A DNA stretch of 60,866 nt, the filler included, from Rhabdomonas costata (lineage: Eukaryota): the NCBI GenBank assembly GCA_019059605.1. It is 13 parts of 13 records of this genome, joined end to end, with 100 filler letters (N's around TTAATTAATTAA, not from the genome) between each part and the next. Parts side by side here need not be neighbours in the genome. Positions count along the whole stretch, not along the records: positions 46,910 to 51,517 come from JAHMHO010000204.1; positions 51,618 to 56,181 come from JAHMHO010000205.1; positions 56,282 to 60,866 come from JAHMHO010000206.1; 10 more parts are not named here. The stretch is one strand, 5' to 3'. A model generated the notes under the pieces. That model saw only the letters and a list, made by a program, of their open reading frames with translations. It had not been told where the DNA came from and did not search any database. The translations under genes and the position numbers were made by a program. The number at the start of each line of letters is the position of its first letter. Position 1 is the first letter of the stretch. Shown piece after piece: positions 49,085 to 60,866 of the stretch.

Positions 49085-51286
49085 TGCGAAGGTTTAGGGC
49101 ACACAGCTCGGCCACCCCGGCAATGGTGAGGGCTCCGCAGCCCACCATCAGGATGGAGTGAACGGGAAACCGGTGGGCTATAAAGAAAAGCAGCAGCAGA
49201 GCCTCGCTGAAAAGCCCTGCCAGGCCAACCATTTGCACCAGCTGGTGCACCATCGCGCACAGGTGGGCCCTGGAGCGTGGGCCAAAGAGAAAGAAAGCGA
49301 GAGAGAATGCCGCTGTCAGTCAATGGTGAAGGACCCTCGAAAAAATAACAGCGACAAGCAATCGACAGATCGTAAAAGAAAGAGATTCTGAAATGGAACT
49401 AATGGTGACATTCGTCTCTGTTTGTTTCCTCTTTTCCTCACAAGCCAAATTTTGGGACAAAACTGCGCAGATAATTTGAAACTGTATCACCTATTCAGAA
49501 CTTTTCGGCTTTCCACTTTTCGGGAGATTGGAGTGCAAGAACGAATTGAATAGATGCGAGTTTAGCACAAATTTCGACTATTTTCACACCATTTTGGCTA
49601 TTCAGCCGAAGCGTGCCTGGGTCTTTTGCATGCAGAGGAGTGTGTATGGTTCAAAAGGTGCTCTGGGCAAGCAGTTCAAGAAAGTTTCCAAATGTTTACC
49701 ATCCTCTGNNNNNNNNNNNNNNNNNNNNNNNNNNNNNNNNNNNNNNNNNNNNNNNNNNNNNNNNNNNNNNNNNNNNNNNNNNNNNNNNNNTGGGCAAGCA
49801 GTTCAAGAAAGTTTCCAAATGTTTACCATCCTCTGTAACGGAGAGAAAACCGCCCTTCGAGTCTTCAATTGCCCGTCACGTATACAAAAGACCCCGGGCC
49901 TGCTTCGGCTTCGCCCTACCGTCACGCATCATCCATTATATACAAACACATAAAAATGAAAGGCAAGCGCGTAAAACGTACTGATCCATGAAGTCCACGT
50001 TGTTGAACACGTTGGCCTGGAGGTGGTGCCTCTGCACCCGGTATTTCAGCAGGATGGCCACCAGGGCGAACCCCGAGATCAGAGGGATGAAGAAGCTGTA
50101 GCTCAACACCACCGTAAATACGGTGAACATCGCCGCATACTGGTAAGCAAACTCAAACTCCTGCATTATTTGAAGATCATCCGAGAGAGAATGGGAACCA
50201 AGCAAAAAATATAAAAAATCGACACAAAACATGGTCATTGGCCAAACCCTGTCCAAACCCTACTGAAAGTTTTGGAAAGAACGACAACAGTACGAGGAAA
50301 AGACAGGAAAAAGAGAGCGAAAAAGGCGGACCTACCCCTTGACAAGCAAAGGGGGGCCACAGGGCAGCCACAGCGGCGTTCTTCGAGGCCACCCAGCGGT
50401 GCTTTAGGAACACGAAGAGGTCAACCGCGCGGAAGAGGTCCAGCAAGTTGCCCAGCGTCATCACCTGCAGACGAAACACAATTGCCTTTCTGTACACCAA
50501 CAAGCAATGACATCATCAGACAGCTCAGGAAAAAACCAGCAAACGAACAGCCACACTGGAACTATGCACGAGTTTTCTCCGAGTTAACTTGACACGTGAT
50601 GCACTTTGATATAGATAACGCATACAAAAGAAACCACAAACAAGAAAAAAGCAAACTAAGGATACTCACATCAGAGTGACCACTTCGTGAAGATGAAATC
50701 CGAACGCCCGCCCTCACAGGAGCAGTGGGTGAATGGTGGTCTCCTCCGACTGTTTCTAAACATTCACGGATTGGATGGTGGTCATTGGAATTGATCCACT
50801 GGAATCTGGATCGGGCCTTGTGCCTTGTGGGCGCACGATGCTGTCACAGTGCAAGCCTGACTCACCTGCACCACGTAGTACACGAACACGGTGCCCCCGC
50901 CGGCCATAAACGTAGACCGAAAGTAGGCCGAGATATCTGATAAAGGGGAAGGGGAAGGTAAGGGTACCATCACACGACAAGCGGCGCCCAACAGCGAAAA
51001 AAATTGCAAAAGCAAAGAATTTGTATTGCCTCAAAAAAGAAAATGCCGTGGAGAGGAAACACAGTGTAATGACTTCCATCGTTTTCTTCCCTTCTTGTAT
51101 TCAAAGTATGAGGATGTTACACGCGGTGTCAGACGATACCTTTTCCCTGCGCAATAAGTGCAACCAGCTGGCTCAGCGAGCCAAGCACCAAGCTGGGCAG
51201 CAGGAAGACGCTGAGAAGGAGGTAAGCCAGCATCCGGCGCAGCACCTGTACGCTGTGCTTCTGTCGGCTGCGGTGCTTCTCCCACC
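49085..51286 (-). CDS. TMEM63: TMEM63/OSCA (CSC1) mechanosensitive channel, C-terminal TM region; may continue to ~47430
   Basis: Exons WEKHRSR...YLLLSVFLLPSLVLGSL, GTVFVYYVVQ|VMTLGNLLDLFR, EFEFAYQYAAMFTVFTVVLSYSFFIPLI...LLKYRVQRHHL and a final TM exon. Most junctions are GT-AG in consistent phase; one (~50350-50161) is unresolved. Confidence 0.85.
49604..49917. mobile_element. Inverted pair of the dispersed motif (candidate MITE) in a TMEM63 intron
   Basis: + strand degenerate copy AGCCGAAGCGTGCCTGGGTCTTTTGCAT (49604-49631) faces a - strand copy AGGGCGAAGCCGAAGCAGGCCCGGGGTCTTTTGTAT (49917-49882). Confidence 0.5.
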
Positions 51287-52699
51287 CTGAAGGGAGTGAA
51301 GAAAGCAAGCACTATAAGCAACCGAATAAAAAGCAGAAAGGCAAGCGGATATCTCGGCGATGCCTCCCTGCTACTGTCAGTAAAGTTTAAACAAACAAGA
51401 CTGGAGCTCTTGCAACGGTGGTGTTATTTGAGAATGGGCGACGCGGCATCATCTTCCAATTCACCACCTTCGTTTCACCACAATCCCTCCGGCGCAACCT
51501 GCCAGCACAAAACAACANNNNNNNNNNNNNNNNNNNNNNNNNNNNNNNNNNNNNNNNNNNNTTAATTAATTAANNNNNNNNNNNNNNNNNNNNNNNNNNN
51601 NNNNNNNNNNNNNNNNNGTGGGGTGGGGGTGGGCATGCGCCTCGAAGTGGGACCGGGAGCTTGCCGAGCTCGGCGTTGGCGGCCGTGAGGGAGTCGACGG
51701 GGCTGTCCTGCGCGGCACAAACCTGGTACAGCTGCAGCCGAGTGGACACCCCGGAGTCCTGTTGGCCTTGAGGAGACGTTGCTGAGCACCCCGCACACCA
51801 ACTCAGTCAAAAGCAGGAAAAAAAACCGAGCCAACAACATGGCCCATGCGCCCTCGGGGGAAGTGGAGTATTTTCGAACTGCTTCATGGTATAGCGCGTC
51901 GCATGGTAAACTCAGAACACGTGTTTTTTGTCTCACTATCATGGGAACGTTCGAAACATGTCACTTGCATGCGCACCAGCCCAGCGATTCTATACCGTTC
52001 CCAGGACTTCAACTAGAAACTCGTAACATACTGAATTCTGATGATAACATTTGAAAATCGAGTTATATATTGATATGAGCATATTTCAGATAAAGGCAGC
52101 AGAGGCAGTGGGGCCGCCTCCCCCCACCCCTCCCCCCGCGAGAGAGAAGCAAAAAGGAAGGACGTTGTGGGCAAAAAACCTCTCACATTGTGAGGGCAGC
52201 TTCTCCACAAGTGCTGGGGAGAACCACACAAGCAGCAAGGCTGCCCCCGTGCTGCGCAGAATTAAAAACCAAAAGCAAACCAATGACACGCGGGTCACCA
52301 GAGGGTATCTTAACTTCCTTAGGAGCAAATGTGGTCACGACTTACAAAGCCCTTCCAAAGACCGATATGGCCATGGCTGACCCTTCGGCCGGCTATAAGC
52401 CCCTATTGCCAACAAGAGCTGCCTTCCCGGCCTGAACTGATCGCCACTCTCCAGTTAAATCCTCGCGACCACGGCAGGGTCCTCCCCACATTGTCCCCCG
52501 GTGGTGGAAATCACCATGACACTGTCGGGATTCCCCACCCCCGATCTTTGAATTTTAGGGCTACAAAAAACCAACGTGAAGAAAGGACATCGCTTCTATC
52601 AACACTAGTGTTAGTCCTGCCCACCATTGGAGTAGAACCCTATTCATTGTGCTTGGTCGGCAAAAAAATGTGCAGCAGAAGCGAGTAAGAGATGGAAGG

Positions 52700-53072
52700 G
52701 CACCTGCCACAGGCGAGGAACTGCTGCTGCCGTGTGGAGGTGAGGTGGTAGACGAGGTCGAGGTCACCGCGTACCTCACCTCCACAGGGCTCTGGCCCAC
52801 CCCCCAGAGAGCCTGAGGCTCTGACGAGGAGGCCAGCACGGCGCCCAGCAGGGGCTCGGGGAGCTGCGTCAGTGCGGCACCCTCGCTGTGTAGGGGGTGG
52901 GCGGGAGAGGCTGTGGACCCGGAATCGCACATCGGACTCAGGACCCAGCGAAGGCCATCGCGGGAGCGCAGCGCGGGGTGAGGGCTGTGGAAGAGCAGCG
53001 GAGGAGGAGGGCATGGGACGGGAAGGTGGTGGTGAACCCAGCCCAGGACCTGCCGCAGCGGGGGATGCTTCT
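52700..53072 (-). CDS. GC-rich exon of a hypothetical Pro/Ser-rich protein
   Basis: GC-rich open segment with plausible splice sites. Reading frame uncertain; one frame gives LTQLPEPLLGAVL. Confidence 0.3.
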
Positions 53073-54823
53073 CTGTCGAGCAGGTGGGGAATTGAGCAGA
53101 AGGGAGAACTGAGAGGTAAGTGCAGCATTTCATGGTTTTTGAATCCAAATTCTCATCGCATTCTGCTAAAACCCAAATGGATATCCCAGCTGGCACCCGG
53201 ATGCATCACTAGAGACATTGACATCAAAGGCGCTGCTCAGCGGCTTTGTGAGCGGGACCAGCATGACCAGCAATAAAAGGGTGACGTAACTTCCCCTCGC
53301 AAACGCAGATCCTTGATTTTGGTAGCTCATCTGGACCAACCCACGTATATATTCACCAGCGCGGTGAGGCGAGGTTCAGGTTTTGTGGGGAGAGGTAAAA
53401 CTACAGCGAAGGCTCGCCGCAAATTAGTTCTGGGGAGAGGTCACCAGTCACCAGTCACCCAAACCAAAACTGATGCAAGGGAGCCCGACACACCGAAAAA
53501 AAAGCGGGAAAAAACACCAAAGTACTGCAAGGGAAACAGATTCGGGAAAAGATTGGTGGGCGACCTCCACTGCTCCCAGGTCTTCCAGGCCCTCTGCTGG
53601 ACGATCCACTGTGGACCTCCCTCCGAACCCGCCGGGGCGACTCCTGCGAGGCGCGGAGGTGCAGCCGGCCACACCACAGGCCCCCTCGCATAGCGCGCTC
53701 ACAGCGCACCCCAACACACACCACCGCCAAACGGGTGGAGACCAAGGGAGGCTCAAGCCAACGGGAGTCCACAGGAGTCTCGGTCCCACCGGTGCACCAC
53801 CCCACGGGCCTCATTCGGGGGAGAGCCGCTCACCGCATGACATGAGGGCTCCCATCGAATGGCAGGGCGATGGCCTTCAAAGCCGATCCAAGGGAGGAGA
53901 GGTCTGGCCAGGTCCGGCGCCGAGGTCAGACAGCTCATGCAAACACCTCCACCCTGCCTTCCTTTCCCCCCCGAGCCTACCTCGACCTTCAACAAGCGCG
54001 CTCGGTTAGCACGCACGCAGAGGCGAGCCCCTCCCAAGAACAGCTACACCGAAAGCAAAGTGGAAGAGTTTCGCGCGCAAGCGGTGGGAAGCCGGTGTAA
54101 AGTTGTTCGATGACCTTGTTAAGTAAAATAAAATATTGGGGCATGGCGTTTGGCGCAGATGGTTTGACGGGAAGTGAGCCAAGTCGGATTTGCTTAAGTG
54201 GACATGTTGATTTACCAGGAGATGGGTTGCTGCGCAGTGAGCATCCACAAAGCCTCTTTTTTTTTGCGTGATGGATGGGTTCTTGACTTTTTTGAACTCA
54301 GCAAAAGCGTCATCCACCACACACGTTAAAATACAAAACAAGACGATTCTCGGAAAAGAGACATCTCAGTCCACGAGCTCAGACGAGAGCCCTCTATGCG
54401 AAAGAGATACCTACCTGTTCGCGGCTCAACTGAACTGAAAAAGCCTCTTTCTCATTGACTGAAAAACCATGAAGCCCAAGTCCAACAACAAACGAAGTCA
54501 CCACGCATTCACGTGAATGATGAAAATGAAAGGCGAAAGGGATCGCGTCCACGCGTCCCGTCCATTGCTTCGCATGCTAAATGAGGCCGCGCAGAGCGAA
54601 GGCCAGTTCTCACTGGGGCTGTTGTTGTGACGCTGCCTCTTGCTCCGCTTCAAAGCACCGTCAGTGCAGACACACATTTGGGCATTTCCCAACGATGAAG
54701 TTCACCCCTCCCCCATCCAATGCCAGTGCAGCTGCATAGGTCTGTCCACCGCAGTTCGGTAGGCAGCCTGCCGGAGGTTTTCTCGAGAGGAAAGCTACCT
54801 CAGTAGCCACACGATGACAGTGG

Positions 54824-55848
54824 CTACTGAACTGCGGCAAAAGCAGACCCCGCGCAGTCTGGGTAGCGGGCCCGCAGGTAAGGCGCAATCTGAGCCAGTG
54901 CGGCGAGAACCTTGCGGTCTTCCACCGTGCTGGCCAAAGTGGAGCGCGAGTCCTGAAAGCCGAAGTAGAAAAGGCAGTGTGGGTCGAACGAATAGGCTGG
55001 CCCACTGTGCAGGCCACGGCTGCCAAATGGCCACACAGGCATGATAACAAAAATCCGGTTGGAGACGGAGTCCGGAGATACTTTCTTCTTCACTTTCAGA
55101 CACCCTCTTTCTCATGTGGGAAAATGGCTTTCCGCTTTTCCTTATATATACTCAAAACAAGATGAGATATCCTCCGCCCATGCGCATGACAAACGGGGCC
55201 ATGGAGCCTGAGCAGTAACCTTAGCGATGTCGTTGATGAGTTGAATCATGGCTAAGCACTGCTCCTCAAATGCACCTCTTCCGACCGAAGTCTTTGTGTA
55301 CATCCCGACCTCGACAAAATGAAAAGGATCTGAGGGAAAGCTCCGCATCACGTAACGGAGGCAACAGCGGCAAGCATGGATGTTGGAGACGCCCTACTAG
55401 CGCGGGCAAAAACGCGACTTAAGCACAGGGGTGCAGAGCATTAATGAAGGACCTTCTTTGAAGCTTCCTCGGCCGCAGCCTGCTGAGCCTCGATGAACTC
55501 GAAGCACAAAGTGATCGCCTCATCCATGGTGTGGCTCTGAACAGACCACATCCCCACCTTAGCAACACCCACCTCAAGTTCCACACAGAACGTTCGGAGG
55601 GAAGCCCGGGCGAGCGAGCGGGAGAGAACGTACGCATTGCGCGTCACCATCCTCAGGCAAAGCACACACACAAAATACTTTCGAATTCGAAGCGCTGCCA
55701 ATAAGATTTCGCCCAAAGCGATTTTCTCTATCCCGTACTTGGATGTGGTACGCTGTGCCATTGGAGCGTGTGCTCCTGTGCTTACCGTGCACTGTTGGAC
55801 TGTTGTTCGCATTACTTGGTTCATCAAGATTGCCGGGGATGCAAACAA
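54824..55848 (-). CDS. Hypothetical protein, last ~3 exons
   Basis: Three successive minus-strand ORFs (55848-55441, 55351-55142, 55093-54824) of globular composition, separated by short intron-like gaps. No family recognised. Confidence 0.4.
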
Positions 55849-56288
55849 TCAAATAAGCTAGAATTTTCTTCAAATACAAGTCACGGCACTGCGGCACAGG
55901 CAGGAGTTCTTGAAGCGTCTGCGGTGCAGCACCAAAAACAATTTACTTACAAGAAGGGAAACTAGACAGATCGGAGGAGGATAAACAAAACACACATACA
56001 CATACACGCTGAAAGATGACAGAGAAGAGGAGAGGGTGAAAAACAATGGCATGGTTTGAGAATGGTTCACGACATCGGCGGACAAAACAGAGCGAATGGG
56101 AAACCAAGTCGGAAGTTGTATCGTGGCGGTCAGAGGAAGGAGGTGGGGGGGTTGGAAACACGAGAGAAAAGGACATCATACNNNNNNNNNNNNNNNNNNN
56201 NNNNNNNNNNNNNNNNNNNNNNNNNTTAATTAATTAANNNNNNNNNNNNNNNNNNNNNNNNNNNNNNNNNNNNNNNNNNNNGGTGGGG

Positions 56289-56293
56289 GTGTG

Positions 56294-56353
<60 letters not shown>

Positions 56354-56354
56354 T
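56289..56354. repeat. (GT)n/(GCGT)n compound microsatellite
   Basis: Seen directly at the contig start. Confidence 0.95.
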
Positions 56355-56634
56355 TTTTTGGGGGAGTGCCAAATAGGGCGGAGTTACAAGCCAGGGGGAT
56401 TAAACGGAAAAATTAAGGGGAAACGGAAACGACCCCATATCCTTGTTGTGGTGTGGTCCAACTTGGAACATTTCGGGGGAAAATTTACTCTACTGCACGG
56501 CCAGCACCCGTGCACAACACCAGTTCTGCCGGGTTTCCCCCAAGTTCTTATTTGGCAAGAGTGAGGCTGAAAAAGGCTCTGATCTCATCAGAGAAAACTC
56601 ATTTCAGGCTCTCATCTCATCAGAGAAAACTCAT

Positions 56635-57540
56635 TTCGTGGTTCTCCCCTCGGGCTGTGCCATACTGCAATGTGATTTGGAGTAGTCCGTTCATGGCCAC
56701 GGATAGCCGAGCAGTGATATTCAGCACGCATTCGCCGCCCACTTCGCAGCAGCTCTGGACACCATCCCGAAGCATCAGGCTGCAGTTCACGTCGGGCGCC
56801 ATCGCAAGTTGAGTGCTGTTGAGCAAAGAAGGCAATATATATATAGCTCATGCCGTTTCAATGCAGCAAAGTGTGCCCCTTCGAGTGAGCGCGTAGCTGC
56901 AGATAACAGTACTCCGACGCATCTGAGATGCACATTTGAATGGACCGGGCCGGTGTAACCACCCATTGAACAACACATGGAAGCTTCAACCGAGCAGGGA
57001 ATTGAAAGATTACAGCCCGGAAAGGATCAGATTCGCATCCGAGCAATTCTTCCGGCTTCGCGAAAACCGCACTTCAGAAAAATCAACCACGAGCCACTAG
57101 CTTCACGATTTACGATTCAGACCCCCACACCACCCCTCCTCCCGTCCCAACTGATCGCAATGACTGTGCATTAGACTGGGAAGCCACCTTGTCAAGTTGT
57201 ACACCAGAATCTGGTTGCAGATGGCATCGAACCCGAAAGCCTCGCCAAGACTGGGCCGAGGCGCCGCATCCGAAGAAGACCGCTGGCGCGCCACGAGGTT
57301 GCAGTCCAACTTCTGGAAGCCACAGCCATCCCCCTCTTGGTAGCGCAGGTGGGACTTCTTCCGGTCCAGGAAGTAGCCCTGACTTGCCAGGTCCTCCGCC
57401 ACGTGGTTACACGAGGTCTCGAAGTCCCCCAAAAAGTAATCGCATGGACACTGGAAGCCAGAAGACAAGGGGCATATCGCACCCGAGACGGGTGCCAGGA
57501 AGAAAGCCAGAAGAATGGCCACAAAGTGCCCCAAGGGCAC
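56635..57540 (-). CDS. Hypothetical secreted or membrane Cys-rich protein, first exons
   Basis: Signal-like FVAILLAFFLAPVSG followed by Cys-rich sequence. Second exon ~56830-56635 (NCSL...SCCEVGGECVLNIT) has N-glycosylation sequons. Confidence 0.5.
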
Positions 57541-57892
57541 AGCCCTTTTGTGGATACATACGGACATCAAAACCAAAAAGTAAAAAAGTAAAAAGAGTGG
57601 GTTGTTTGAGCAGAAAGAAGAGACTGAGATACTGCGCGAGTCTACCTTGTGTTCTGTTTGGCTTCACATTCAACAAACAGACCAGAAGGTAATACACTAT
57701 CTCCGATTGAGTGGCGGCTTCGTCAGTTCTTCGCGTGAAGCCCGGAAAGCCAACAGAGACGCTTTTCAACTTCTCTTTCCCTTTCTCTCTGTGCCGACGT
57801 TTCAGCAAAACCTAATTCTGAGGCGCTATCAACCGCAACAGCAACGAATGTGGAGGTAAGGGGTGACCGAAAATTGCACACTCGGTCTTGCC

Positions 57893-60410
57893 TCAACCTA
57901 CTCCCCGCAGCAGTAACTTCTGTTCGTGCACCCTTCGCACGGTGTCTGCCCACCGCTTCTCACGGTCCCGGTCCTGCTCCAGCAAGGCCTCGTCAAAGAG
58001 GGTATCTGAGTCAACCGAGCTGTCCTCGCCATCCTCCTCGCTGCTGCTCTCCTCGCCCCCTCCAGACTTTGGAGGGGCATCCCCAGGTCCAGCAAACATA
58101 GCGTGCCAGTGCTAAAACATGAAGGGGAACCAAGAAACCACAAAATGAACTAAACAGTGCGATTATTTTTCAACAGGAGTCCAAAATGCGCCTTTGCTTG
58201 TTGACCACCGAACGAGAATGAGCGGGGAACGTTGCAAAATCTTCCCAGGTTGTAAACATCCTAAACAGCGAGGAAATACCACTAGGTATGCCATACGATG
58301 TTGCTACGACGGCACACGAGGTATGCTATTGATGTTGCGTCATGACAGAAATGGTGGAGCGGAGGCCTGGCAGCTATTTCAACCGTAAAAATGGGGAAGA
58401 TGTCAATGACTTTCAGTAAAAAAACGCTGAAGCACGACAATATCGACGCTTTAGCGATTGTGTGGGTGTTGGTGCGTTTGTCAAGTTTTCTTGGACACCA
58501 GGGCCAACGAGGTTAGAGCCCACCCACAATAAAAAACGAAGCTGGAGAATGTCGGTTCCTGGCCCACCACCCCCACCCTCACCACAACTGCACAATATCC
58601 CATCCGCAAACCTTGTCGTCCTGCCGCGCCGCAGCTTGGGAGGCTACAGACGAAGCCGCGAGGGCAATGCTTTCGGACTGCTCGTCTCGAATGGCCTGCA
58701 GAACTTGCCCGCGCTCAGCCATTGCAGAGGGCGCAAAGGTGCGGGAGGACATCTCGGCCTCTTCCTGCATCAGGACTGCGCTGTCGACCGCCCGAAAGCC
58801 CTACCCGCACACACAGGCACACCTGATACTCCAAACCAGCGAAATACCCGATTTCGTCAACCGCCTTTTGAACTTAGCACCATGTTGTGCGCCAATTTGG
58901 ATTACAGGTCAAGTGCAACGACGCATTTGACACATTTGTCAACATGATGTTCACAGACTGCACGGGGGGAAAAAGAAAAAAATTATCAGGAAAAGCACAA
59001 ACCACAAACTGACAGGAAAATACAATATAAGCAGAAAAATATGGGACTGCGAGGCATTCCCGTCATTTTGCTTTGAAGAGAGCTCTTGCACGAAACCAAG
59101 AAGAGCGGTCAGACCAAAAGAACCTGCCAGCCATTGGTTGTCCTGAAGAGCTGAATTGCGTTCGGATATTCGCGAGAAGGAAACGAATTGGAAAAGGGGC
59201 ACAAACGGCGCATTTGCAGACCTGAGCGCCTGCCTCGCTTGCCTCCTCCAGTGAGCCTCGAACCAAGGCTTTCAGCTGCAAGGACAGAATGCAGTTGGTG
59301 CACATTCCCCTTCAAAAAGTGCTAGCAACCATACATGATGACCAAACCCAAGTGGAATTAGGGAAAAAATGATCCCTCCTGTATTGCTCACGCACTGGAT
59401 GCACTGGATGCGGTCTGAATATTGACTCTGAATATTGACACACCGCAGCAGCGGAATACAAACCAAAACCCAAAAGAGCGATGCAAAAATTTCAAGCCAA
59501 TATTGCTTGGGGTCGATTTTGTCGGCATCGACTTTGAATGGCAGAGCGGAGCAAACGGGAAACCTCCACGGGCACCCTCACCTCTGCAGAGATGTTTTGC
59601 TTGGTTCTGCAGCATCAGCGGTGCAAGCGCAGGTCAATTCGAAGCACAACCAAAAATCAGAAACACAAGACAACGGTCAAGCATGCAATGCAAAGGGTGA
59701 GCGCACAGTCTTCTTCTTCTGCTTCATCTGATCATCTGGCTCCGAACGCAACCAACGCAACCAAGACAGGGTTTTTACCCTGTCTTTTTCTTTTATTCAT
59801 GATTAATTGAGCAGGCGTGTGCTGTGGCGGAATCCCTGCAATAGCACAGCACAATGACGCCTTCAAAAATGCTCAGGCTTCAGCCCGTGAGCATAAACCA
59901 AACCACAAGCAGACCGTCCGCACTCTCACTCCCACTCCTGTTCCATCACCACATCCTCATTCACGGCGACTCCCAACGACGACAAAAGCAACGATCCTTG
60001 TCTCGTTTTCGCTCGGCGAGGGTGGACTAGCATTTCTTTTTTTTATCGACAGTCTGGAGAGCTCAGGAGACGCCCAATTCGCCCAATTCGCAGCATCGGT
60101 TTCTCAGGTCTACTATTGGGCATGTTAAGCAACCCCCGCCCAATGCCCCGGCTCAGCATAAAACTACACGCAAGGGACACGATACGATTCTGATTGTGCA
60201 GTGCAAGACGAGCCTAGCCTCGCACTTGAGAGGCAGGAACGAGCAACCAATAAAGAAAACGTCAGAGGGGAACCATACTCTCTGTGCCGCCGCATGAGCA
60301 CTGGAGGTAGATTGCACTCTGCGGGGATGGGATTCCCGGGAGCCTCGGCTTCGCCCTCTGCTTCGGCTGGGAGTTCTGCTTCGGCTGCGACGTCTACAAA
60401 GGACCGGATA
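57893..60410 (-). CDS. Hypothetical acidic/helical protein, 3' exons
   Basis: AG/GT-bounded exons ~60410-60278, ~59277-59222, 58800-58612 (GFRAVDSAVLMQEEAE...) and ~58095-57893 (EESSSEEDGED..., stop). Confidence 0.45.
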
Positions 60411-60866
60411 CGGAAATCTTTCGTCCATGTCTTTCCGCTTATCGTGCTGGTCAAAATTCGGCACACGAATTTTTCGATTGGAGAAAAAAATACGCTTGTA
60501 TTCATATCACCGGACACCGCCTTTTGTGAATCAGCAAGTACAGTGCACGGCGACGTCCGAGACCATAAGAATATCAGAAAAATTCAATTGGTGCAACAAA
60601 ACGAGAAAACAAAACGAGAATGGAAATTCCAGTCTGGTTGCCCAAATAAAGTTGAGGAAAGCCGTGGGACAAATTGGCAAGAAAGTGACCGTAATTTGTG
60701 TCTGTGGAATACACGATACGCGAGCCTAATCTGAAAATGCTTGCCTCCTCAGTAGAACAATTCCCTGGACATTATTGCTTTTATTGTATTGTCAACATTT
60801 TGTTCCATTCTGAAAATCTGGTTCACAACCCAACACAACGCGTGCAGCAGGCAACCACCACAACCC

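Noticed and set aside
49664..49835. 45-bp direct repeat flanking an 82-N gap
   Set aside because: 45 + 82 = 127, matching the 127-nt duplications elsewhere. An unmerged scaffold overlap.
4590..56281. Regularly spaced TTAATTAATTAA palindromes every ~4.7 kb
   Set aside because: Embedded in N runs of fixed length; an artificial all-frame-stop linker, not biology.
56576..56639. 32-bp tandem duplication
   Set aside because: Only two copies and no spacers; simple slippage, not CRISPR-like.
1..60866. Apparent clustering of signalling genes (channels, cyclase, receptor) and glycosylation genes as a system
   Set aside because: They lie on separate concatenated contigs of similar size; adjacency is artificial.
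1..60866. Alternative genetic code or stop-codon readthrough
   Set aside because: Conserved exons translate cleanly in the standard code with no in-frame stops at conserved positions.

Overview
This window is not one locus. It is a pseudo-scaffold of 13 unrelated ~4.6-kb contigs of an intron-rich eukaryote, joined by artificial 100-nt spacers (44 N + TTAATTAATTAA + 44 N), so gene order across spacers is meaningless. Recognisable spliced gene fragments: a four-domain voltage-gated cation channel, a GDP-mannose-type nucleotide-sugar transporter, uridine phosphorylase, a multi-Venus-flytrap (PBP1) surface receptor, CDC40/PRP17, a membrane class III adenylate cyclase, an O-fucosyltransferase-like gene, a YAE1-like gene, a kinase fragment, PP4R3/SMEK and TMEM63/OSCA, plus several hypothetical genes. 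All family calls rest on recalled motifs, not searches. The trypanosomatid-style receptor ectodomain together with many cis-introns suggests a euglenozoan, euglenid-like protist (inference). Most interesting: (1) a 36-bp motif dispersed across three independent contigs, in or beside introns, twice in inverted, MITE-like arrangements; (2) non-GT 5' splice sites (two GC, one apparent GG) pinned by conserved protein register; (3) a D-D-A-D channel selectivity filter; (4) an array of phase-0, mostly 63-nt exons that each encode heptad repeats. Several repeats at contig or gap ends look like assembly or library artefacts (127-nt k-mer signature, fold-back tips), and some stretches look error-rich.
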